DNA from: Vezdaea acicularis
Lineage: Eukaryota
Direction of reading: 5' to 3'
DNA length: 36,215 bases
Assembly (NCBI GenBank): GCA_026025075.1
Contig: JAPEUI010000146.1
Location: 1 to 36,215, forward strand
The notes beneath the pieces were generated by a model, which saw only the letters and a list, made by a program, of their open reading frames with translations, was not told where the DNA came from and did no database searches. The first letter of the stretch is position 1. Each line of letters opens with the position of its first letter. Shown here piece after piece: positions 22,282-33,137 of the stretch. Made by a program: the position numbers and the translations under genes.

Positions 22282-22846
22282 AGTGGTGAGGGGAAAGGAG
22301 TATAGGGGAACTGTTGCAGACAATGACTATGATTTCCAAAGACCTATGTTGAAGGGATAGACATAGATTTCGTACTAAATGATTGCGTCGCATCGGTTTG
22401 TTTGTAGGTCAAACTTTCCGACGAATGATACGAAGATCCGAACTGGAGATGCTTCTCGCGTCCGCGCATGCGACGTGCAACGCGATCTTGCGTAAAGCAG
22501 TTTGTCATTACTTCAACAGATTCTGATTGCTAGTTAAAACCCCATTTTGGATAATTAGAGTCGTAGATATGCTAGAAATGATATGCTGAACAGAAGTATG
22601 GTGAGATATTGTGCCATCACGTGATCTTATACACCCCGCCACCAATGCTCTTGCTCACGCACACCCCACTGACGCCTAGGTAGCTAGAAGTTGATTTATC
22701 CACAAAAGACTGAGTCGAATACCTCTAATAAGTTTCTCTATAGCGCCCTCACTCAAGTCTTTAGTCCTAAATCCCAAAGAGAAGTATAAAGCTACAATAG
22801 GCGCTTGGGGAAGACATTACTACAGCTCCAAGGTACATAGAGCAAC

Positions 22847-23775
22847 ATGAACAACATACATGCGCCGACTGTCGAATCTGGCCCGACCTCTGGGCGAGCC
22901 GCTGCAAATGGGCACAATAAGGACAACCTCTCACTAATGGAGTTAATGGACGAAAAGGATCGTGTTGAGGGAGAGATGAAGGCGTTGAGTGGGGTGCTAG
23001 ACTCTGTACGTGCCACCAAACCCCCAGTCTGCTTGCCTTCCAGTTTGCTAACCCAAATTTCTATGTAGCATGGAGTGAACATGAATACGAGCTTGTTAAC
23101 ATTCGATGGATTTCCAAGAGCTGATCTTGACATTGCTCAAAGTAAGGAGCTCAGCAATCTCAGGACCGAAGCAGCATTTGACTGGTATCCCTAGTAAGAA
23201 CAACTCGGCAACGGATAATTTGTCTCCAAAATGACTATAAGGACCTTATGAATCGAATCGAAAAGGGGCTGCACGAGCATCATGCCCGAATGGCAGCGAA
23301 CTCAGAATTAGACACCCCCTCTGTATCAACAGATGTAGACATGCCAGACTCAGCCCCAAGTGCAACTACAACGGCGGCTTCCCGAACCATTCCGATCGTG
23401 CGCCCCACGGAGAGTACACCCGAAGACATTGTAGAGACGCCGTTCGCCAAAGTCAATGCCATCACTCCTGAAAGTCCTGCAGCTGAGGCTGGACTCCAGC
23501 CTGGAGATCGCATCCGATCTTTCGGGCCTATCAACTGGATGAATCATGAGAAACTTAGCAGAGTAGCAGAAGTGGTGCAGCGAAATGAGAGGGTAAGTTG
23601 GCTTCTCCCCCTATTTCTGGTATCTGGGTTCTGACTCTCTCAGCGGCCAATATTAGTGAAAGTTGTCCGTAAGGATGGCAATTCACACTCATTTAGAGAA
23701 CTCCAGATGCAGCTAGTCCCCAGGAAAGATTGGGGAGGGAGAGGTATGCTTGGTTGCCATCTGGTACCCGCGTAG
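22847..23775 (+). CDS. NAS2: 26S proteasome regulatory-particle assembly chaperone Nas2/PSMD9 (PDZ), ~253 aa; exons 22847-23005, 23069-23141, 23195-23592, 23644-23775
   Basis: HGVNMNTSLLTFDGFPRADLDIAQIRTTRQRIICLQNDYK, PFAKVNAITPESPAAEAGLQPGDRI, WGGRGMLGCHL. Confidence 0.95.
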
Positions 23776-24184
23776 ATGAGAACACTGCTTTCGACGTTTG
23801 ACCTTCTGCATTTCCACGTTGCATAGCCTAGGAAGGGAACATGCATCACGGAAGTTTAGCTCTGGTGCTTTGGGGTATGCGACAGGGCAGCTTGCATACT
23901 ATTATATAAAATACATCCACACAGAAAACAACTATGAAAATTCGTGATCGATTATGCGGCTGACAAAGAGTCTCTATATCACGTGATACTGCTTGGCACC
24001 CCACTAATTGCTTAGCTGCCTGATGATGGTGTTCTCGCTTCATGTGCTGTCTATCCACAAACCCTTCCACTCTGGACGCCCCCCACCGCTTCCACTCAGT
24101 ATAGATTTTCACTCACTAAGCCTGCTGTCTTCACATACAGCTTACTCCCCGTGCATCAGACACTTCCCAGGCATCTGTCCTTCG

Positions 24185-24248
24185 GTAACCGACCCTCTCC
24201 AGCATTACTTCATGGTCCACTTCAGCACTAACAAAATTTCTATGCAAG
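24185..24248 (+). other. Probable 5' UTR intron of the Ran gene
   Basis: GTAACC donor at 24185, ACTAAC branch ~24227, AAG acceptor at 24248, 48 nt before the ATG. Confidence 0.55.
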
Positions 24249-24296
24249 GCAGCTCCCTTCACGTTTCCTTAAACTAAACAATCTCACATTCGCAAG

Positions 24297-25343
<1,047 letters not shown>

Positions 25344-25988
25344 AGCCTCGATCTCCCATATAGAGCAGCTCGCATGTCCCTTCCGGTCGACCCTTTCCTT
25401 TTGTTATAAAACCCCATTGGCATGGCGGCGGCTCCGAATGCCAAGAGCTCTCTAGTGGTGCATACTATAAATCTCTTGATCAGTGAGGGCTTGGTGTCTC
25501 TAGTGCCGACTCGTCGGGGAGGATCAACATACTTTCACGATTACGATGCGATGGATATGTGGGGATAGCGGCGGGCTAGATAGAATTAGTCATTCATGTC
25601 ACATGGAAGATTTTATAAAGGTCACACTCAAGCGTGGCCTACAAACTTAGCTAGACTCAGCAATTCAATCACGATTTGCACTCAAAAGTAGTGGACTGTG
25701 TATTCCTTTAATTGTGACTGGTCATGAAGGGTTATCCTACATTGAAGACGGACTGACAAAGCCACCAACTGCCCAATACCCTATAACCGACTGACTCCTG
25801 ACTGCTTTGAAAACCATAGTCAAGCACTCTAAAAACTAAGGCCCATCACAAAAAAAGTCAAGAATGCTATCTTATACGTTGAAAATCCTAGGAAACCAAG
25901 GCCTAGCAAAATACCCCCAAGCTCTGAGCTGTCGAAGTATCTCATTGCCTGTTATTCGAATACCTTAAGGATGCCAAGAGCTAATTGT

Positions 25989-26498
25989 CTATTTTAGCGT
26001 TCCTTGGTGCAATAGCACATCGTTTGCGCTATCGCATCTTCCATTCTTCGACGAATAGAACCTTCCCTTCTTCAGCCGCTTTGGAGTCTTAGTGGACTTG
26101 CTTTTGTCTGAAGCCTTCTTGGGCTTCAAGATGGCCTTGACCTTCATCCATTTAGATTTCTTGTCCTTCATAGCTATCATGTCAGTGGGATCCAAGAACG
26201 AGTCAAAGGTGTGGTCGGGGTTTGCCCGAGATTCCTGCGCTTGCGCATGTCCGGGCGGTGACGGAATGGCTCTCAATAGCTGAGCCTGGTTGTGTAAATC
26301 GAAGAGTTGTTGGGCTGTGACCCATTCCTGCACATTGTCCAATCTATTGGGAGCATTGCCCATCCTTGTTGCTTCGAAATTCGATCGTTCGGTGAAGCTG
26401 TCCATGAAGTCTGCCCTAAGGGGCCGTACTGGGGTCGGTTGCCATAGGTGGCTTCGTTCTTCCTGGGAGGCAGCTCTTGGGCTGCGAACAAGATTCAT
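25989..26498 (-). CDS. Small orphan protein, 169 aa, Lys-rich C-terminus
   Basis: Uninterrupted ORF from ACAATAATG; protein-like composition (KDKKSKWMKVKAILKPKK). No recognisable domain. Confidence 0.5.
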   Translation of the reverse strand: MNLVRSPRAASQEERSHLWQPTPVRPLRADFMDSFTERSNFEATRMGNAPNRLDNVQEWVTAQQLFDLHNQAQLLRAIPSPPGHAQAQESRANPDHTFDSFLDPTDMIAMKDKKSKWMKVKAILKPKKASDKSKSTKTPKRLKKGRFYSSKNGRCDSANDVLLHQGTLK

Positions 26499-27421
26499 TA
26501 TTGTTTTGTATATGTATGCTTGAAAGTGATGATTATCGCAGTGGTTGCTTGTAGTCTTCGGGAATCTGTCTTGGAAGGCTGGGTCGGTGGATTTAGGGAT
26601 ATTCCTCAAGGAGGAGAAGTTGACTTCTTTTAACTGTATCCCTCGACATTGTTGTCCCTGGACAACGAGGTGTTCTCCGCTGAAACTGTATTGAAAAACT
26701 CCTATGAGGTATGCTTCAATATGTCAGAATAATGTCGTCTAATTCCTAGGAGTATGTTGATGCGGAAGCTGCCTGATAACAGAGTGTTATCAAGGGGCAA
26801 GACTGTACTCTAACATCATGCTTGGCACCTAGCTTGACACCTTGTTTAGGAACAGTGTACGTATCCAATCAAGTCCTTCTGTTAGAAGCAGAACAACGCG
26901 TGAACTCTATCAAGTGTCTTGTCAAAATCAGAACACCTTCGATAGAAAAGGTCAGTATCGAACGGTTAGCCACAAGCGCAGGCAGGTGGCTAAGCCTGAA
27001 CAAACAGAGACCAAGGACATAACAACATGTTGCTATTGAGAAAGCGAGACCTTGATGTCCCACAGGCAGCAAGGAAATAAAAGCATTGTCCTCAATGCGA
27101 GTGCAAGACAGAACAAGAAATTGACTTTGAACAGCTCATGGACAGCTCGCAGCTTCCAAGGCTACACAAGGTTGAGACATTCTCAAGCGGCCCAGATGTG
27201 CAGGACAAAGACGTTTGCGCTACCGTACAGCGTAGTAGGGCTGCAGGAGGTGCCCGCAATTGCTAGTGTTAGAGAAGACAAAGGCGGGCTTAGGGGCTCG
27301 AGTTGTGTCAAGCCTATTCATCATATCCGGATATTCCACGTGATCAAGGGTATATAATGCATCCTAAATATGTCTGTTTACTCGTACACCCAGCCTGACC
27401 GTACTATTCCAGGATTCAGAC

Positions 27422-27936
27422 TTATAGCTTCGCCTGCGTTTGGGCCTTCTTGAGAATAGGTTCCATCTTTGTCGCCTTCATTACGTCACCCTTAATCTTT
27501 AATTTTCCACTCATGAATAACCGCTGTGCGTTTGCTTTTCCCGCTACTAGCTTTGCGAAATCGTCGTCTGAGAGATTCAACGTTACTGCAGCCAAACGTC
27601 AGATCATCTTCAGACCGCACTTTCGAGGGACTAGATTGATCTCACCATCAGACTTGCCTCCTTCAGGAGCAGCGCCTTCGCCCACACAGCCATCCTTCTT
27701 AAGGTCGATATACCAGTTCTTGGTCTCGCCGGCCTTGTTCTTCAGGTTAAAGGTGAACACCGCACCGCCCTTTTTGATAGCGTCTTTGCGCCCAGCATCA
27801 TCATGCTTTAGTGAGCTGGAAATGGCCTCGAAAGCAGCGGATGACGGATATGCATCTATGGATCACAGAGTCAACGCTTATCCTCAAAGAGCGTATGGTC
27901 AAGAAGTAGAAGGTACTGACCGTCTTTGAGAGGCAT
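27422..27936 (-). CDS. Peroxisomal SCP2 sterol-carrier/lipid-transfer protein (POX18-like), 129 aa; exons 27936-27921, 27855-27646, 27585-27422
   Basis: Not represented in the ORF track. Spliced sequence MPLKDDAYPSSAAFEAI..AVFTFNLKNKAGETKNWYIDLK..DVTLNLSDDDFAKLVAGKANAQRLFMSGKLKIKGDVMKATKME..AKL; C-terminal PTS1 AKL. Confidence 0.93.
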
Positions 27937-28114
27937 TGCAGATGATAGGTGTTTACTTGATGCAAGTCAAGGGTAATGGATGCTAAGTGGACTTGAAAAA
28001 GAAAGTTCCGTCCGTATTGATAGAGTAAGGAATGTCGTTCATTCATGATTGTCTTTTGTACTGCGTTCCGGAGGCGCATCCGGGGAATGCATGTGAAGAT
28101 CGGACTTCGTGCTG

Positions 28115-28120
28115 CCGAGG
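28115..28120. promoter_or_regulatory. Candidate FarA/FarB (CCTCGG/CCGAGG) fatty-acid-induction site upstream of the SCP2 gene
   Basis: CCGAGG ~180 bp upstream of the SCP2 ATG; this is the known core motif in promoters of Aspergillus peroxisomal and fatty-acid genes. A 6-mer can occur by chance. Confidence 0.45.
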
Positions 28121-28748
28121 CCGCATCCACGTGAGCATCAAAAGCCAACGTCATTTTCCCGAAGCACACGACTTCTATCTTATATTCGCGAGTTTTCCAC
28201 GCGATATGTCTGGATCTGTCGAATCTTTTGCGATTGGGCGAGTTGCCCACCCGGCACTATACTCCGTTCATCGGAGGCGCCCTAAGTCCCAGGCGGGGTC
28301 GGCGACCCCCGAAGCAGACGGGTTAGGCTGAAGCGTCAATTTGATTGTTAATTCGCTATCACGCTATGACACATGGCGATCAGATGGCGGTGAACGGACT
28401 GGATCACAGTGGTTCGGAGACTGCCTATATCAGCTCTATGCCCGTCCCTTCTGTTCTCGCTTTCTTTTCTTCATTAAACAAGCTTTTATTCGCGAGTTTC
28501 CTATCGAGGAAGAGTTTCGTTTATTTTGGGCGCCACAAAGGGTCTTTACAGTAGGGTGAAGACCTGCAATTCTGCAGTCCAATTGGACAACACTACTAGT
28601 TTTAGGAGAATAAACCCTCTAATGTAAGATTTTCTTCGTCCCGAATCTGCAGATGGATCTGCCCAGCCGCACAAGTGTTTCACTATGTTCCATTCTTCTC
28701 TCATTGCTTCCTCAATGGCATCGATACTGATGGATATTGCTTTTAGAT

Positions 28749-30316
28749 ATGAGCCAATCGCCAAAAAGCTGGGAGAGCAGCACAAACAAACCTCAACACC
28801 CGATATTCAACAGGGTCCTTAGCGACCATATTCCCCTTCAGGTCACATACAGTCACGATCCAGAAGTTGAGATCCAGAGTAACAACTCAATCGAGCGAGT
28901 CCGCCTAAGCGGAATCAGAACACCGTCTCCAGTCCAACCAACCCTTTCACACGGTTCTAATAAGTTCGACCCAACCTTCAAAAGTCAAATCGAAAATGCA
29001 GACCCTACGCGAGCTTCAGGCCTTTCGCATGTCTCTTCCTCTAGGGATGAGGCGGTCTTCCCTGAGGGAGGTACCCGAGCATGGATGGTCGTGCTCGGAT
29101 CTTTCTGCGGGATGCTGGCCGCTTTTGGAATGATGAACATCATCGGCACATTCCAAGCATACCTCAGCACCCACCAGCTAAAGGAGTATTCTGACAGCAC
29201 TATTGGCTGGATCTTTAGCCTCTATGCCTTCTTGTCCTTCTTCTGCGGGGTTCAGATCGGGCCTATCTTTGATGCCAAAGGCCCAAGATGGCTCGTGATG
29301 GCCGGCAGTGTTAGCCTCGTGGCTAGCATGATGCTTTTGGGAATATGCACTAGTACGTCTAAACCTAGAAGGCCCCTAGTAACGCAGCAGTATACTAATC
29401 TATCGCAGAGTATTGGCACTTTCTCATCACATATGGCATCCTAGGCGGCGTAGGGACCTCACTGATCTTCACGCCTGCCGTTGCCAGCATTGGACACTTC
29501 TTCCTTGAGCGTCGTGGCATGGCTACCGGGATCGCAACAACAGGCGGTTCAGTTGGCGGCATCGTCTTCCCCATCATGCTGCAGTCACTCTTCCCTAAGG
29601 TCGGCTTTCCATGGGCAACGCGCATTCTAGGCCTGATCTTCATCGTGCTCCTGATCGCTGCCAACCTGCTAATCCGCGACCGCCTACCACACACGGCTGC
29701 GAAGTCGACCCTCCCCTCATTAGGAATCTTCAGAGACGTCAGTTTCGCCCTAACGACTCTAGGCGTCTTCATGCTTGAATTCGGCCTCTTCGTCCCACTG
29801 ACCTATCTCTCCTCCTACGCCCTCCACGCCGGCATTCCATTAGCACTCTCCTACCAACTCCTATCCATTCTGAACGTCGGCTCCTTCTTCGGCCGCTGGA
29901 TCCCCGGTCTGCTCGCCGACCGCTTCGGGCGCTTCAACACCATGATCCTAGCTACCAGCCTCTGCCTCCTCACAGTCTTCTGTCTCTGGCTCCCAGCCGG
30001 CGGCTCCGTGCCCATTCTGGTAGTCTACGCCCTCCTCTTCGGTTTCGCGAGTGGTAGCAACATCTCCCTCACGCCCGTATGCGTAGGCCAGCTGTGCAAG
30101 ACGGAGAATTATGGCCGCTACTACGCCACATGCTACACCATCGTCTCGTTCGGAACCCTAACCGGCATCCCCATCGCCGGCCAGATCCTCACCACCTGTG
30201 GCGGGAAGTATTGGGGTCTCATCCTCTTCACTGGCCTCTGCTACTGCGGCGGCTGGGCCTCATTTGTCTCCGCAAGGATCTTAGCCGTTGGTTGGAAACC
30301 TGCTAAGATTTTCTAG
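28749..30316 (+). CDS. MFS monocarboxylate-porter family transporter (MCH4/MCH5-like), ~503 aa; exons 28749-29352, 29409-30316
   Basis: [68 protein letters not shown]; about 12 hydrophobic segments. Confidence 0.93.
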
Positions 30317-30767
30317 AGGCTCTTTTCGGCGCACGTTTCTGGTCCACGTGGGGTGGGACACGTGACTGTTACTTTTCGCGTCGTGTTTTCCTTACGTTGG
30401 AAAGGCTCACCTTTCGCTTTTTCCTTTGTTCGCGAGTAAACCATGCTCGCGCTGCCCCACGCTCCGGGTGGCTTACACGCTCATTACATGCGCTATGAGA
30501 TTATGATATGATTTTACGTTATTTGTGTTTTTAAAGCGCTTTGCTACTGGACATGAATCGGTACCTAGGGTGGGATAGGTACGCAACGGATTCGTACAGC
30601 CTGCGTTTTGAGCGGGGTAATAGGCAATACTGGCCTTAGACCGTAGATAGTAGCTTAACAAACCACAACACATTCATTAACAATCAACCACATTTCGCCG
30701 CATCAAGCATCAGAGTGCATTGCAAGTAATACCATAAAATCTTCATAAAAGTTATCATCAAGCCCAC

Positions 30768-33137
30768 CTACCTCCACAAGCCTCCCCGTCCAACCCACTC
30801 CTTCCAACCCCTCACCGTCCCCAATGCCTCCGCCCCCACAGCCAGCCATCTCCCGCGTCCACTCCTGCCCCTCCCCCCAATCGTTGCCTTCCGCTTCTTA
30901 CGCAACTTGACCGCCCGCTCCACCTTCTGCCCCGCTTTGATCACACTATGAATGCTACAAGGACTGATAACGGTATTGGTCGATGCGACGCTAGTGGCGC
31001 TCAGTGCAGAGGCAATGATAGTCGGAGCAGGACTTACGCTACGGCTGCCTTTGCTGGTGGATGTAGTGGTAGTGGTTATGTTGGTGATGTTGGTATTGGT
31101 GCGATGGAGCGGGTGGATTGTAGATTGGCTTATGGCGTGGTTTAAGCTGTTTGAGGGCAGGTGCGTGCTGCTTGGGTGTCGCTCTGAGGGGTGGATGCTG
31201 CTCTGGCTTGCGGCGTGGTTTAGGCTGTTTGATGGGAGGGTGGGGAGGCTGATACTGGGTTTGTGGCGGATGCGGTGGGGTTCGTTGGGGTGATGGTGGG
31301 TCACGCTGGTGCTCGCGATGAGGTGGTGTGGGTGGACTTCTGGAGGCGTGTGTGTGGGGAAGTGCGTGTCGAGTTTTAGCTGCGGGCGAGGGGTCTTTGG
31401 GGCTGGGTGCGATGTGGCTTGTGGGTGTGGTTTAGCTTGTGGGTGTGAGTGTGGCTGAGGCGAGGACTTCGAGCGCCGAAGTTCTGGTTTAGCGGGCTTG
31501 CGGCGGATGGAAGAGCTGCGGGTGGGGATGTAGGTCGTGCTTGGTAGGCAGGTTTGCGAGATTGTTTGGGATGGCGGTTGTATTGGGCTCGAGGGTATTG
31601 GTGTTAGGATGCAGGGGGGTGAGATGGGTATATATGGCGCGGTTTCTTGTGACACTTGTGTCTCGGATTGGGGCTGCGAAAGTACCTGCGTTGCTGGTTT
31701 TTTGGGTCTCGACGCTTCGGTGACAGTGGCGGTCGCAGTCGCGCCACGCGCGTACACCACCGGCTTGAGCATCATAAGCGGGACCTCCTCCTCGAAACAT
31801 GAATTTCTTCCCCCCGGCCTGATTGTATCCTCAAGCACCTCCGCGACAGGCGTCCGTGGCAACGGCTTGTCCGTGTTGGGTGCATCATAAGGAGGTGGCG
31901 CTGATCTCGGTAACGATGGAGAAGACGGCAGCGAGGAGGGAGACGCGGGTTGAGGCGTCTCCATACCCATCTGGCGCTGTCCCTGTCTCCACTTCGAACT
32001 GCCCGTGATGCGTGTCAGGCAGTCGAGGGCAATGTCCCAGGAGCCGCCATCGCGCAACTTCACCTCTTCGAAGTCTGCAGTGCGAATCGTCTTGGCGTGC
32101 CGCTCGATGAGAGATGCGACTTGCTCTTCTGCCATGAGCGCGTTGGCGACGTGCATGTGACGCAGACGCGGGAAGACCAGGGCTTTTAGTAGCGGTCCTG
32201 GAGCACGCGGAGCGATAGATTCCGTATTTTGTGGTGGAATCATAATCTCGTCGTTTTCGAGAGTAAAAGGTGAAGGCCCACGTGATCCAGACCAGCTGAA
32301 GGAGAGGCTGTTTAGGTGTGGTGACAGGGTTGAGAGATACTCGTGCAACATCATAAGATGGTCGCTACGTGCCTGAGGGTGCGTGAAATCCCAAGACTCC
32401 ATGGTGATATTTAGATGTTTAATTTGACGCCAGCGGCGTGCAGAAGCGGGTAATGCGCCAAGAGCAGCAAACGGACGGAGGTAAAAGATAGCGCCAGGGT
32501 GGATGGGGTCGAGGGTAAGTGTGTCTAAACAAGGTAAAGGAGCGCGCTCTATCGCCATCCTTAACGAGATTAGCGCATAATCGACAGCGGAGCGGCGGTA
32601 ACGGAAGGCTGCTTCTTGGCCAGGGCAGGAGATAGTAAGAGCCGCAAGCGAGGGCATCGATGTGAAGGCGCGGAGGAAGGCGGTTATGTTGGTAGCGGCG
32701 TGAAAAAGTGGGGAATACTGCTGCACGAGCAAATCGGTCATCTGTGGGCTGCCATATTTCGGCTGCGGTTTTGGCTCGCGAGATCCTGGTGAGACGGCTG
32801 GAGAGAGTTGCGGGTCATAAAAGAATTGCTGTTCCTCGCCAGTGATGGGGTCCAGGAGAGGCGCAAGAAATGTTGATGGCGTATGCGGCATGGAGAACGT
32901 GACGGCGCGTATGAAGTGACCGATCCTTTCAAGTGCTGCTATCCGGGCAGGGCGCGTGAAGGTACCAGATCGGAACGTGATCGTGATGGCGGAAAAGATA
33001 GTCGGAGTAACATGATAGTTTATAGACTGGGACACAAGCCGCAAGGAGGCTTGTTCAGGGGGGCTGAGATAAGATAGAACCAACTCGCGGGTGGCGCGTG
33101 TCTCCCAGAATTTCTGGAAGGCGGATTTGCGAGCCAT
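30768..33137 (-). CDS. Conserved fungal protein with F-box-like N-terminus, LRR-like middle and Pro/His/Ser/Thr-rich tail, ~789 aa (may have an upstream exon)
   Basis: ELVLSYLSPPEQASLRLVSQ resembles an F-box; LxxLxL-type segments (LAALTI, LDTLTL, IKHLNI, LNSLSF, LRHMHV). CTAAT branch (~33198) and CAG acceptor (~33149) just upstream of the ATG suggest a 5' intron. Confidence 0.75.
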   Translation of the reverse strand: MARKSAFQKFWETRATRELVLSYLSPPEQASLRLVSQSINYHVTPTIFSAITITFRSGTFTRPARIAALERIGHFIRAVTFSMPHTPSTFLAPLLDPITGEEQQFFYDPQLSPAVSPGSREPKPQPKYGSPQMTDLLVQQYSPLFHAATNITAFLRAFTSMPSLAALTISCPGQEAAFRYRRSAVDYALISLRMAIERAPLPCLDTLTLDPIHPGAIFYLRPFAALGALPASARRWRQIKHLNITMESWDFTHPQARSDHLMMLHEYLSTLSPHLNSLSFSWSGSRGPSPFTLENDEIMIPPQNTESIAPRAPGPLLKALVFPRLRHMHVANALMAEEQVASLIERHAKTIRTADFEEVKLRDGGSWDIALDCLTRITGSSKWRQGQRQMGMETPQPASPSSLPSSPSLPRSAPPPYDAPNTDKPLPRTPVAEVLEDTIRPGGRNSCFEEEVPLMMLKPVVYARGATATATVTEASRPKKPATQVLSQPQSETQVSQETAPYIPISPPCILTPIPSSPIQPPSQTISQTCLPSTTYIPTRSSSIRRKPAKPELRRSKSSPQPHSHPQAKPHPQATSHPAPKTPRPQLKLDTHFPTHTPPEVHPHHLIASTSVTHHHPNEPHRIRHKPSISLPTLPSNSLNHAASQSSIHPSERHPSSTHLPSNSLNHAISQSTIHPLHRTNTNITNITTTTTSTSKGSRSVSPAPTIIASALSATSVASTNTVISPCSIHSVIKAGQKVERAVKLRKKRKATIGGRGRSGRGRWLAVGAEALGTVRGWKEWVGRGGLWR

